64,000 bases of DNA, taken from NCBI GenBank assembly GCA_902632445.1, contig CACPCL010000004.1, positions 3,835 through 67,834 of the forward strand. The letters are read 5' to 3'. Made by a program: the position numbers and the translations under genes. Position 1 is the stretch's first letter. Each line of letters starts with the position of its first letter. Source of the DNA: an uncultured Pelagibacteraceae bacterium (GTDB taxonomy: Bacteria > Pseudomonadota > Alphaproteobacteria > Pelagibacterales > Pelagibacteraceae). Positions 1 through 9,346 of the stretch are shown here, piece by piece. The notes below the pieces were generated by a model. The model made no database searches. It was not told the DNA's origin and saw only the letters and a program-made list of their open reading frames with translations.

Positions 1-1
1 T

Positions 2-508
2 TCCAAAAAAGTAAATATAAAAGAAAATACATGGAAACTTAAAGATGTAGAAATTTTCAAGCCTGAAAATGGGGTTCTAGAGAAAGAGTTATTTGATAGT
101 TATCAAATTGAGTCTATTTATAATTACGAAAAAATAACAACATTATTTAAAAATTTTGACACAATGTCATTTTTAGACTTAATCATAAATTATAAATCCC
201 TAATTGATAATGGATATAATCAAAGATTCTTAGATCAAAGTTTACATAATTTGCTGTCGCTTCCCTTTTTCTTGCTAATGATGACGGCTATAGCTGCTAT
301 ACTGACTTTAAATACATTAAAGAGATCAGATAATGTTAAATTTATAGTAATTGGCTTGATTACAAGTGTTTTTATTTTTTATTTTAAAGATTTATCTTTA
401 GCATTAGGGCAAACTGATAGAATTCCGCTTATTTTAGCTGTGTGGGCTCCAGTAATTGCATTAAGCTTATTTACTTTTGTAGGAGTATTACAAATTAATG
501 AAAAATAA
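2..508 (+). CDS. lptG: LPS export ABC transporter permease LptG (5'-truncated by window edge)
   Basis: Frame of ORF 164..508 is open from base 2. Three C-terminal TM helices with 'LGQTDRIPLILAVWAP'. Lies directly upstream of lptD-surA-pdxA-rsmA. Confidence 0.8.
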   Translation, partial: SKKVNIKENTWKLKDVEIFKPENGVLEKELFDSYQIESIYNYEKITTLFKNFDTMSFLDLIINYKSLIDNGYNQRFLDQSLHNLLSLPFFLLMMTAIAAILTLNTLKRSDNVKFIVIGLITSVFIFYFKDLSLALGQTDRIPLILAVWAPVIALSLFTFVGVLQINEK

Positions 509-2894
509 ATTTTTAAGTATTTTGTTTTTAATCTTATTAAATACGAATTTATTTGCAGAGAACTTATTTATTGAAGCAAAGAATATTTCAATTGATAAAA
601 AAAAAAGCATATCAATTTTTGAAGATGAAGTATTTATTAAAACTGAGGATAAAAAAACAATTAAAAGTGATTATTTAGAATACAACAAGTCAACTGGATT
701 TTTAAAACTAAAAAAAAATATTGAGGCACGAGATAGTAAAAATAATATTATTAAAACTGAAAATGCTGAGTATTTTGAAAATAAAAAAATTTTTAAAAGT
801 ATCGGTCCTACAGAGGTCATAACTTCAGAAAATTTTATAATAGAAGGTGAGGATATCATTTTTGATAATAATAAAAAATTTATCAATTCAAAAAATAACG
901 CAACACTTACTGATAATGATAAAAATAAGATTTATTTGGAAAATTTTGAATATTTGGTAAATGAAAATATTTTTAAGTCTATAGGCTTTGTTAAAGTGGA
1001 AGATGTATTAGGAAATGTTTATGAATTTTCACAAATATATATTGATACTAAAAAAAAAGAAATTTTAGGTACAGATATTAAAGCCTTTATTAATCAGGAG
1101 GGTTTTAAAATAAATGAACAAAATAAGCCTAGAATTTTTGCAAATTCTTTATCTTTAAAGAAAGAACGTAGCGAATTTAATAAAAGTATTTTCACAATTT
1201 GTGACTATAGGGAAAATGACAAATGTCCTCCATGGACAATTCAAGCTAAAAAAATGTTACATGATAATAAAAAGAAAACGATTTATTACAACAATGCAAT
1301 CGTAAAGATATTTGATATTCCAATATTTTACTTTCCGAAATTATCACATCCTGATCCAACAGTTGATAGGAGATCAGGTTTTCTACCACCAACATCATCT
1401 AATTCTAAAGACTTAGGTTCAGGAGTTTTTGTCCCTTACTTTTTTGACCTTGGTTTGGATAAAAATTTAGTTATCACAAATCGGATATATGCCTCAGAGC
1501 ATCCATTATTTTTAGGGGAGTTTCATCAGGCATTGAATAATGCTAATCTTTTTGCAGACTTTGGTTATACGGAAGGTTACAAGAAAACAACTTCAAAAAA
1601 AAAGAAGGGTAATAAATCACATTTTTTCGGTAAATTTGAAAAAAATTTTATAGGTAAAAATAATTCAAATAATAATTTAACTTTAAATCTTCAGAATGTA
1701 ACTAATGATAAATATCTCAAACTTTATAAAATTGAGTCTAACCTAGTGAACCATAACAGAGATACACTTGAAAACTCAGTTGATTTTACTCATGAAAAAG
1801 ATGATCTATTTTTTAAAATAAATGCAAGTGTTTATGAAACTATGAAAGAGGGTTACAATGATAAATACGAATATATTCTTCCTGAAATAGTATTTAATAA
1901 AAATTTATTTAATAATGATACTTTTGGAAACTTAGATCTCGAGTCTAATTTCAAAGTACATAATTATGATACAAATAGATTGACTAGTTTTGTCGTTAAC
2001 GATTTTAATTGGAGCTCTAAAGATATCTTTTTAGACTCAGGATTAAAGACTCAATTTTTGGGAAATTTAAAAAACATTAATTATGAAGCTAAAAATGTAG
2101 ATATTTATAAAGACGATACTACAAACGAGCTGTTTGGAGCATTTGGTTTAGCTACTGAAATGAACCTTCAAAAATACAATGGAAATTCTAAGCATATATT
2201 AAAACCAAAACTTTTATTCAGGCATTCTCCTGGAAATATGAGAAAAGAGGAAGTTAGCAAAAGATTAGATCCTTTAAAGGCATTTAGTTTAAATAGATTA
2301 GTAAATTCTTATAATTACGAAACTGGTACAAGTAGCACGTTAGGTTTCGAGTACAAAATAGATAGCCCTAATAGAGATTTTGATTTTTCAGTAGCACAAG
2401 TAATAAATCAAAAAGAAAATAAAAAAATGAATAGCAAAACTAGTATGGACGAGAAGTTATCTGATTTAGTGGGTTCTGCTTCTCTAGATTTTAATAATAA
2501 ATTTAGTTTAAATTATAATTTTGCGCTTGATCAAAATTATAATGATATGAATTTTAGTGAAATTGGTGCAACAACAAAATACGGACCATTTGATCTCGAT
2601 TTCAATTATTTATTAGAGCAAAAACATATAGGTGATCAAGATTATTTTAGAACAAAAGTAAACTTTAATCAGACCGACAAATCATTACTTTCTTTTGAGA
2701 CTAAACGTAATTTGATTACTAATTCCTCTGAATTTTATAATTTGAGTTATGAATACTTTAATGATTGTTTAAGAGCGGGCTTAGTTTACAGAAGAGAGTT
2801 TTATACTGATTCAGAACTTGAGCCAGAAAATTCATTAATGTTTAAAATCACACTTACTCCATTTGGGAATATAGATTCACCAAACTTCAAGTAA
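498..2894 (+). CDS. lptD: LPS-assembly outer membrane protein LptD (OstA)
   Basis: Signal peptide, N-terminal beta-jellyroll repeats, 'FTICD...CPPWTIQA', 'PDPTVDRRSGFLPP', C-terminal 'YEYFNDCL'. Synteny with surA-pdxA-rsmA. Confidence 0.9.
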   Translation: MKNKFLSILFLILLNTNLFAENLFIEAKNISIDKKKSISIFEDEVFIKTEDKKTIKSDYLEYNKSTGFLKLKKNIEARDSKNNIIKTENAEYFENKKIFKSIGPTEVITSENFIIEGEDIIFDNNKKFINSKNNATLTDNDKNKIYLENFEYLVNENIFKSIGFVKVEDVLGNVYEFSQIYIDTKKKEILGTDIKAFINQEGFKINEQNKPRIFANSLSLKKERSEFNKSIFTICDYRENDKCPPWTIQAKKMLHDNKKKTIYYNNAIVKIFDIPIFYFPKLSHPDPTVDRRSGFLPPTSSNSKDLGSGVFVPYFFDLGLDKNLVITNRIYASEHPLFLGEFHQALNNANLFADFGYTEGYKKTTSKKKKGNKSHFFGKFEKNFIGKNNSNNNLTLNLQNVTNDKYLKLYKIESNLVNHNRDTLENSVDFTHEKDDLFFKINASVYETMKEGYNDKYEYILPEIVFNKNLFNNDTFGNLDLESNFKVHNYDTNRLTSFVVNDFNWSSKDIFLDSGLKTQFLGNLKNINYEAKNVDIYKDDTTNELFGAFGLATEMNLQKYNGNSKHILKPKLLFRHSPGNMRKEEVSKRLDPLKAFSLNRLVNSYNYETGTSSTLGFEYKIDSPNRDFDFSVAQVINQKENKKMNSKTSMDEKLSDLVGSASLDFNNKFSLNYNFALDQNYNDMNFSEIGATTKYGPFDLDFNYLLEQKHIGDQDYFRTKVNFNQTDKSLLSFETKRNLITNSSEFYNLSYEYFNDCLRAGLVYRREFYTDSELEPENSLMFKITLTPFGNIDSPNFK

Positions 2895-3823
2895 TGAACA
2901 AAATATCTAATATAATTTTTTTTTTTTTAATTTTAATTTTATTTCCAAATTTTTTATCCGCTAAAATTGAAAATAAGATTGTGCTTAAAGTCGAAAATGA
3001 AATAATTACAAATTATGAAATTAAAAATAAAATTTTAGTAACATTATTTTTAGCTGGTGAAGATATAAATCAAGATAATATAGACAAACTAAAGAAAAAT
3101 TCTCTTGACGCGTTAATTCAACTTAAATTAAAAAAAATTGAATTAGAAAAATATCAAATTAAAACAAACTATAACCAGGTTAATTCTTACCTCAATTCAA
3201 TATCATCAAACGATATAAATAATTTAAAAAAAAAATTTAAGGATAATAACTTAGATTATAAATTATTCCTAAATGAGGTAGAAACGTCATTAATGTGGCA
3301 AGAACTCATTTATAAGATTTACTCAAACAAAATTGAGATTGATAAAAAAAATATTGATAAGGAAATTAATAAAATCATAAACAATCAAACTAATATAAAA
3401 GAATTTAAGATATCTGAAATAGAGATTTTTACTAACAGTAATCAATCAGATGATCAAAAAGTATCTAAAATTTTAGATCAAATAGAAAAAAATGGATTTG
3501 AAACGACGGCTGAGAAATATAGTATGTCTTCTTCTGCATCCAACAAAGGTGATCTAGGTTGGATTAGTGCTAAATCATTGTCAAAAGAAATTTTGAACGT
3601 ACTTAACAATATTCGGCCTGGGGAAATTACAAAGCCAATAAAAAGACAAAATAGTACTTTAATTTTAAAACTTTACGACTTAAGAAATTTAAAACCTGAA
3701 AAGGTTAATATAACAAAATTAAGAGAAAGGTTAATAAATAAGAAAAAAAATGAACTTTTTAATTTATACTCAAATAGCTATTTGTCTAAATTGAAAAATA
3801 CAAGTTTTATAGAATATAAATGA
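2894..3823 (+). CDS. surA: SurA-like periplasmic chaperone / parvulin PPIase
   Basis: 'VENEIITNYEI' N-domain, parvulin motif 'AEKYSMSSSASNKGDLGWI', position between lptD and pdxA. Confidence 0.85.
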   Translation: MNKISNIIFFFLILILFPNFLSAKIENKIVLKVENEIITNYEIKNKILVTLFLAGEDINQDNIDKLKKNSLDALIQLKLKKIELEKYQIKTNYNQVNSYLNSISSNDINNLKKKFKDNNLDYKLFLNEVETSLMWQELIYKIYSNKIEIDKKNIDKEINKIINNQTNIKEFKISEIEIFTNSNQSDDQKVSKILDQIEKNGFETTAEKYSMSSSASNKGDLGWISAKSLSKEILNVLNNIRPGEITKPIKRQNSTLILKLYDLRNLKPEKVNITKLRERLINKKKNELFNLYSNSYLSKLKNTSFIEYK

Positions 3824-4785
3824 GTCAAAAAATTATAATTTGTAGTGGTGATCCTCGAAGTATTAACTCCGAAATAATTTATAAATGTTGGAAAAAACTT
3901 AATAATTCAATAAGAAAAAAACTTTATATTATTTCTAATTATGATTTGATAAAAAAACAGTTTAAAATTTTAAATTATAAAATTAATTTAACTAAAATTG
4001 ATAACATTAATCAGATAACAAAAACGAATAAATTAAAAATAATAAATATAAATTTAAAGTTTAAAGATCCATTCAAAATACCAATCAATTTATCATCAGA
4101 ATATGTACTTGAATCACTCGACAGAGCTCATAAATATGCTCTCAGAAAAGATGTCCTTGGTATTATTAATTGTCCAATTAATAAAAACCTTCTAAAAAAA
4201 GATAATTTCGGTGTTACAGAGTATTTGGCGGCAAAAAATAAGATAAAAAAAAATTCCGAAGTAATGTTGATAAGAAATAAAAGTTTTTCAGTAAGCCCAT
4301 TAACTACTCATGCTGATATAAAAAGAGTTTCCAAAAATTTAAGTGCTAAAATTATTATTGATAAGATAAAAACGATTCATTATTGGTATAAAAAAAGTTT
4401 CAATATAAAACCTAAAATTGGAGTTACTGGATTAAATCCTCATAATGCTGAATTGAGAAAAAATTCAGAGGAAGTTAAAATCATTATACCAGCGATAAAA
4501 AAACTAAAAAAACTAAATATTCGTGTTAAAGGACCGCTAGTTACAGATACTTTATTCATAAATGATTATAAAAAATTTGATGTTATCGTTGGAATGTACC
4601 ATGATCAGGTTCTTGCTCCTTTCAAATCCTTGTATAAATTCGATGCGATTAATGTAACTTTGGGTCTTAGGTATTTAAGACTTTCACCAGATCATGGAAC
4701 AAGTGAAAATTTGATTGGCAAAAAAAAAGCAAAAGAAACGAGTTTGATGAGATGTATTGAGTTCGTAAACACTCTTAAAAAATGA
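3820..4785 (+). CDS. pdxA: 4-hydroxythreonine-4-phosphate dehydrogenase
   Basis: Motifs GDP, 'GLNPHN', 'MYHDQ', 'NVTLGL', 'SPDHGT'. Confidence 0.93.
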   Translation: MSQKIIICSGDPRSINSEIIYKCWKKLNNSIRKKLYIISNYDLIKKQFKILNYKINLTKIDNINQITKTNKLKIININLKFKDPFKIPINLSSEYVLESLDRAHKYALRKDVLGIINCPINKNLLKKDNFGVTEYLAAKNKIKKNSEVMLIRNKSFSVSPLTTHADIKRVSKNLSAKIIIDKIKTIHYWYKKSFNIKPKIGVTGLNPHNAELRKNSEEVKIIIPAIKKLKKLNIRVKGPLVTDTLFINDYKKFDVIVGMYHDQVLAPFKSLYKFDAINVTLGLRYLRLSPDHGTSENLIGKKKAKETSLMRCIEFVNTLKK

Positions 4786-5567
4786 ATTTTGCAAAGAAAT
4801 CATTAGGGCAGAATTTTTTAATTGATAAAAATATTGTTAGAAAAATAGTAAGTTTAACTGAAATTAAAAATAAAAATGTAGTTGAGATAGGACCGGGAAC
4901 AGGTGCATTAACAAATGAAATAATAAAAAAAAAACCTAAGTCTTTATTGCTTATCGAGAAAGATATTAATCTTTCGAAAGAGCTAAAATCTAAATATTCA
5001 AAAAATAAAAAAATTAAAATTTTTTGTGAAGATATTTTAAATTTTAATATTGAAAAAGTTATTTTAAAAGACTCAGTAATTTTTGGGAATTTACCCTATA
5101 ATATATCTTCTCAAATTCTAGTAAAAATTTTAAAATTCAAAAAATGGCCACCAAATTTTAACGATATTATTTTCATGTTTCAAAAAGAATTGGGCGAAAA
5201 AATTTTAGGAAAATTTTTATCTTCTAATTATGGAAGATTGTCAATTTTGGTTAACTTTAGACTTAAATCAATTAATAAATTTTTAATATCTCCTAACTGT
5301 TTTTTTCCTAAGCCAAAAATAAATTCTATGGTAATACATTTTCAGCCCAAATTATTTAAGGGATTTAAAATAAAGAAAATTAATAATTTAGAAAAGGTAA
5401 CAAATATTCTTTTCTCAAATAAAAGAAAAATGATTAATAAGAATATTAAAAAAATACTTAATGCAAAAAATTTAAGAAATCTGAATGAATTAAATCTTAA
5501 TTCAAGACCAACAGAGATAAGTGAAAATCTTTATTATAAGATTACTGAGGTGTATGAGCGAAAATAG
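4782..5567 (+). CDS. rsmA: 16S rRNA m6,2A1518/1519 dimethyltransferase
   Basis: 'KKSLGQNFL', 'EIGPGTGALT', 'GNLPYNIS', 'MFQKE'. Confidence 0.96.
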   Translation: MNFAKKSLGQNFLIDKNIVRKIVSLTEIKNKNVVEIGPGTGALTNEIIKKKPKSLLLIEKDINLSKELKSKYSKNKKIKIFCEDILNFNIEKVILKDSVIFGNLPYNISSQILVKILKFKKWPPNFNDIIFMFQKELGEKILGKFLSSNYGRLSILVNFRLKSINKFLISPNCFFPKPKINSMVIHFQPKLFKGFKIKKINNLEKVTNILFSNKRKMINKNIKKILNAKNLRNLNELNLNSRPTEISENLYYKITEVYERK

Positions 5568-6138
5568 ACAATTTTTTTTTACTTAGCTTAATTATGCTTT
5601 CTATTTGTTTAAAGCAAACATCCAAATTTTTGTTAATTATTACATAATCATAATCACTCCAATGCTTTATATCTTTATCAAAAGAATTAAACCTTTTTTC
5701 TATTTCTTCTTGAGTATTTTGATTTCTTTTAATTAATCTTTTTTTTAATTCTTCTTTATTATCTGTGATTAAATATATTTTTATTAAATTTAGATTTTTA
5801 AATTTTGATAATTGTTTTGTGCCCTGCCAATCTATATCAAAAATTATGTCATTTTTCGGAATTGTTTCATCAACAGTTTTCTTTAAAGTGCCATAATAAT
5901 TTTCGAATATTTTAGCGTACTCATAAAATTTTTTTTCCTTTATAAACTTTTCGAATTTTTCTTTAGAAATAAAATGATAATCAACCCCATTAACTTCGTT
6001 GGATCTAGGAGATCTTGTAGTATGAGACACTGAGATTTTAAATGAATGGTATTTTTGTTGAATTTTCTTAGTTAGGGTAGTTTTGCCAACGCCGGATGGA
6101 GAAGACAGTATAACCATAATATTTTCTTCACCAGGCAT
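5542..6138 (-). CDS. gmk: Guanylate kinase
   Basis: 'SSPSGVGKTT', 'SVSHTTRSPR..EVNGVDYHF', 'DIDWQG'. Confidence 0.97.
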   Translation of the reverse strand: MPGEENIMVILSSPSGVGKTTLTKKIQQKYHSFKISVSHTTRSPRSNEVNGVDYHFISKEKFEKFIKEKKFYEYAKIFENYYGTLKKTVDETIPKNDIIFDIDWQGTKQLSKFKNLNLIKIYLITDNKEELKKRLIKRNQNTQEEIEKRFNSFDKDIKHWSDYDYVIINKNLDVCFKQIESIIKLSKKKLSIFAHTPQ

Positions 6139-6156
6139 TTTTAAATTTAAAAAAAA

Positions 6157-6396
6157 CTAACTTGCTTTACTTTCAATAAATTTAATTGCGTCACCGACAG
6201 TTAAAATCTTTTCTGCTTCACTATCAGAAATTTCAGAACCAAATTCTTCTTCGAATGCCATTACTAGCTCAACTGTGTCTAAGCTATCTGCACCTAAATC
6301 ATCGATAAAACTTGCCTCTTCAGTAACTTTTTCTTCTTCAATCCCTAAGTGATCAGCAACTATTTTCTTTATTTTTCCTTTAATATCCTCTGACAT
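6157..6396 (-). CDS. acpP: Acyl carrier protein
   Basis: '[20 protein letters not shown]' phosphopantetheine site; SD AAAGGA upstream. Confidence 0.98.
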   Translation of the reverse strand: MSEDIKGKIKKIVADHLGIEEEKVTEEASFIDDLGADSLDTVELVMAFEEEFGSEISDSEAEKILTVGDAIKFIESKAS

Positions 6397-6447
6397 GAAA
6401 TCCTTTCGTGTTTATTTAATTTCTTAATAGATTATTAAACAGAATTG

Positions 6448-7182
6448 TCAAGCCATATACATTCCACCATTAACATGAATGGTTTCGCCATTTATATAGT
6501 TTGCTAAATCAGAAGCTAAAAAAGCTACACAATTTGAAACATCTTCTCCTGTCCCAAGACTTCCGGATGGGATTTTATTGATTAAGTTTTTCTTAAACTC
6601 TTCATTAATTTTATCTGTCATTTCAGTTTTTATAAATCCCGGAGATACACAATTAACATTTATATTTTTTCTAGCAAATTCTATTGCTAAGCTTTTTGAA
6701 AAACCTATAATTCCAGCTTTTGATGCTGCATAATTTGATTGTCCTAAATTTCCAGTATGGCCTACGATTGAAGTAATGTTTATGATTTTTCCATATTTTT
6801 TTTTAAGCATTTTTTTTATGGTATACTTACATAGTAAAAAAGTGGAAGTCAGATTAATATCAAGAACTTTTTTCCAATTTTCATCATTAAGTCTTATTGA
6901 TAAATTATCAAGTGTAATTCCTGCATTATTTATTAATATATCAATTCCATCGTTTTTTTTATTAACTGTTTCTATAAAATCTTCAATTTTATCATGATCG
7001 TCTAACTTAAATCTTTCGGTTTGAATTTTTGTAAAATTTTTTTTTAAATTTTCAAGTTTAGTCTCATTTGTTCCGGTAGCCACAATGTCAGACTCTAGTT
7101 CATAGAATTTTTTTACTAAACTATTTCCTATTCCTCCAGTAGCTCCAGTTATCAATACTTTTTTATTTTTTAAATTTATCAT
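6448..7182 (-). CDS. fabG: 3-oxoacyl-ACP reductase
   Basis: TGATGGIG, NNAGIT, YAASK, 'GETIHVNGGM'; between fabD and acpP. Confidence 0.97.
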   Translation of the reverse strand: MINLKNKKVLITGATGGIGNSLVKKFYELESDIVATGTNETKLENLKKNFTKIQTERFKLDDHDKIEDFIETVNKKNDGIDILINNAGITLDNLSIRLNDENWKKVLDINLTSTFLLCKYTIKKMLKKKYGKIINITSIVGHTGNLGQSNYAASKAGIIGFSKSLAIEFARKNINVNCVSPGFIKTEMTDKINEEFKKNLINKIPSGSLGTGEDVSNCVAFLASDLANYINGETIHVNGGMYMA

Positions 7183-8104
7183 TTAAATTTTTAATATCAG
7201 TAATGGAGTTAATTGCAAAGCAATTTACATTTTTTATTGTTCTTTTTACCATTCCAGATAAAACCTTTCCTGGTCCTATTTCAATAAAATTCTTACTTCC
7301 ATTATTTGCCATATAAATTAAGCTTTCTCTCCATTTAACAGTTGAAAAAATTTGTTTAATTAACAGTTCTTTAATATTGTTTGAGTTATTTTCTACCTGA
7401 GCTGTAACATTACTTATAATATTAAAACTAGGATTTTCAAATTTTGTATTATTTATTTTTACTCTCATAGCCTCTGCTGCATTATTCATTAGACTACAAT
7501 GAAATGGAGCGCTAACTTTGAGAGGAATAGATTTAATTTTGTTTGATTTCAATGTTTCTTGGAATGACTCAACGCTTTTTTTATCTCCGCTAACAATTAC
7601 TTGACCAACAGCATTATCATTCGCTATTTCACAAATACCGTCTTTTTCTTTTCTGGAGTCGATCATTTTAATAATCTCATTTATATCAGAACCTAATACT
7701 GCCACCATACTTCCTTTTCCGACCGGTACAGCATTTTGCATAGCTTTTCCTCTTTCGTGCAACAAGTACAAAGCGTCTTCAAATTTTAATGCTCCCGAAC
7801 AAACTAAAGCACTGTATTCCCCTAAAGAGTGACCGGCAAAAAATTTAAATAATTTCAAATCAAAGTTAAATTCATCTTTAAGAACTTTAAAAATAGCATA
7901 ACTGACGGTCAATATTGCTGGTTGAGTATTTTTAGTTAGTTGTAAATCATCTTCGGGACCATTTAGTATGATTTTTGATAAAGAATAATTTAATTTTTCA
8001 TCTGCATCATTAAAGATTTTTTTTACCAATTCAAAATTATTATAAAATTCATTTCCCATCCCAACAACTTGTGATCCTTGTCCTGGAAACAATAAAGAGC
8101 TCAT
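7163..8104 (-). CDS. fabD: Malonyl-CoA:ACP transacylase
   Basis: 'FPGQGSQ', 'GHSLGEY', 'VSAPFH', 'EIGPGKVL'. Confidence 0.97.
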   Translation of the reverse strand: MSSLLFPGQGSQVVGMGNEFYNNFELVKKIFNDADEKLNYSLSKIILNGPEDDLQLTKNTQPAILTVSYAIFKVLKDEFNFDLKLFKFFAGHSLGEYSALVCSGALKFEDALYLLHERGKAMQNAVPVGKGSMVAVLGSDINEIIKMIDSRKEKDGICEIANDNAVGQVIVSGDKKSVESFQETLKSNKIKSIPLKVSAPFHCSLMNNAAEAMRVKINNTKFENPSFNIISNVTAQVENNSNNIKELLIKQIFSTVKWRESLIYMANNGSKNFIEIGPGKVLSGMVKRTIKNVNCFAINSITDIKNLNDKFKK

Positions 8105-8135
8105 ATTTTATTAGTTATATATATAATAATTAGTA

Positions 8136-8163
8136 TTGCTATAATTCATCATTATAGTATAAA
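8136..8163 (+). promoter_or_regulatory. Putative sigma70 promoter of rpsF-rpsR-rplI
   Basis: TTGCTA (8136-8141), 16-nt spacer, TATAAA (8158-8163), 44 nt before the rpsF ATG. Confidence 0.45.
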
Positions 8164-8207
8164 CCAGTTTTTAAAAATAATTAATTAAACTAAATTAACT
8201 AGAAATA

Positions 8208-8534
8208 ATGGCTTTTTACGAAAATACTATAGTTGCTAAGCAAGATTTAGCTGAAAAAGAATTAAAAGTTATAAAGGACAAGTATAATAAAATTATAAAT
8301 GACTCGTCTGGTAAAGTTATTAAAATTGAAGAATGGGGATTGTTAAATTTGGCTAATAAAATTAAGAATTATAGAAAAGGCTTTTATATTCATTATAAAT
8401 TTGAAGGTAATAAAGACACCTTAACTGAAATAGAAAAAAAAATTAAAGTTGATAACTCAATAATAAGGTACCTAACAGTCAAATATAAAAAATTGGATAC
8501 TGAGAACGAATTTTTTAAAAAAAAAGATAAATAA
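8208..8534 (+). CDS. rpsF: 30S ribosomal protein S6
   Basis: 'YEN..V..QDL', 'EEWGLLNLANKIK...KGFY', 'IIRYLTVK'; first gene of rpsF-rpsR-rplI. Confidence 0.95.
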   Translation: MAFYENTIVAKQDLAEKELKVIKDKYNKIINDSSGKVIKIEEWGLLNLANKIKNYRKGFYIHYKFEGNKDTLTEIEKKIKVDNSIIRYLTVKYKKLDTENEFFKKKDK

Positions 8535-8537
8535 ATA

Positions 8538-8810
8538 ATGAAAAGAAAAAATAAAAAATTTCAAAAGAAAGGAACTAGCTCCCTAAACAAACTTAGTTTA
8601 TTTCAAAAAAGCGACGTTAAGTTTTCAAAAAAATGCCCCCTTTCCATAAAAAATGCGCCTATTATTGACTACAAAAATTTGAGTTTATTAAGAAAATATA
8701 TTTCAGAAAATGGTAAGATCGTATCATCAAAAATCACATCTGTATCTTTTAATAAGCAAAAAAGATTAACGAGAGAGATTAAAAAAGCTAAAATATTAGG
8801 ATTATTATAA
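8538..8810 (+). CDS. rpsR: 30S ribosomal protein S18 (divergent)
   Basis: 'CPLS...AP.IDYKN..LL.KYISE.GKI' core and synteny. Confidence 0.92.
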   Translation: MKRKNKKFQKKGTSSLNKLSLFQKSDVKFSKKCPLSIKNAPIIDYKNLSLLRKYISENGKIVSSKITSVSFNKQKRLTREIKKAKILGLL

Positions 8811-8816
8811 TTAATA

Positions 8817-9272
8817 ATGGAAATAATTTTACTAGAAAACATTATAAATTTAGGAAATATTGGAGATAAAGTAACTGTGAAAAACGGGTACGGAAGAAAT
8901 TTTCTTTTAAAACAAGGTAAAGCTTTAAGATTTAATAAAGAAAATGAGGAGTTCGTAAATAAGAAAAAAGACGTACTGAATAAGAAAAACACAGAATTAA
9001 AAAATAAATTTAAAGAAATAGCAAAATTAGTAAATAAGAAAACTTTCATCTTCAATAAGGAAAGTAAAGAAAATGGAGATCTGTATGGTTCAATAAAACC
9101 TAAAGAAATCACCAATCTTATTAAAACAAGTGTCAATGCTGATGTAAGCCCATCGCAAATAATATTAAAAAACGATCTTAACAAAATTGGTGTTTTCAAA
9201 GCGGAAATAAATTTCCATTCTGAGGTGAAAGCTAGTATTTCTATTAAGATTGACAAAATACAATCAAAATAA
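8817..9272 (+). CDS. rplI: 50S ribosomal protein L9
   Basis: '[26 protein letters not shown]', 'GDLYGSI'. Confidence 0.97.
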   Translation: MEIILLENIINLGNIGDKVTVKNGYGRNFLLKQGKALRFNKENEEFVNKKKDVLNKKNTELKNKFKEIAKLVNKKTFIFNKESKENGDLYGSIKPKEITNLIKTSVNADVSPSQIILKNDLNKIGVFKAEINFHSEVKASISIKIDKIQSK

Positions 9273-9273
9273 C

Positions 9274-9282
9274 TTTTCCACA
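9274..9282 (+). promoter_or_regulatory. DnaA box upstream of dnaB
   Basis: TTTTCCACA matches TT(A/T)TNCACA exactly; further degenerate boxes lie nearby (see findings). Confidence 0.45.
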
Positions 9283-9346
9283 ATGTTTGAGAAAAAGTGT
9301 GTAACTTTTTCCTTTATTAAGCTAGGTCTCCAACTAATATCTAAGT

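Noticed and set aside
8139-8157. Fur box in the fabD/rpsF spacer
   Set aside because: The palindrome has 7-5-7 geometry and does not fit the Fur 7-1-7 or 19-bp consensus.
8669-9283. 204-aa ORF antisense to rpsR-rplI
   Set aside because: Shadow frame of ribosomal protein genes, with no domain features or RBS.
9273-9346. rplI-dnaB spacer as the chromosomal origin
   Set aside because: Only 74 nt with one consensus box, no evident unwinding element and no hemE/dnaA/gidA/parAB context.
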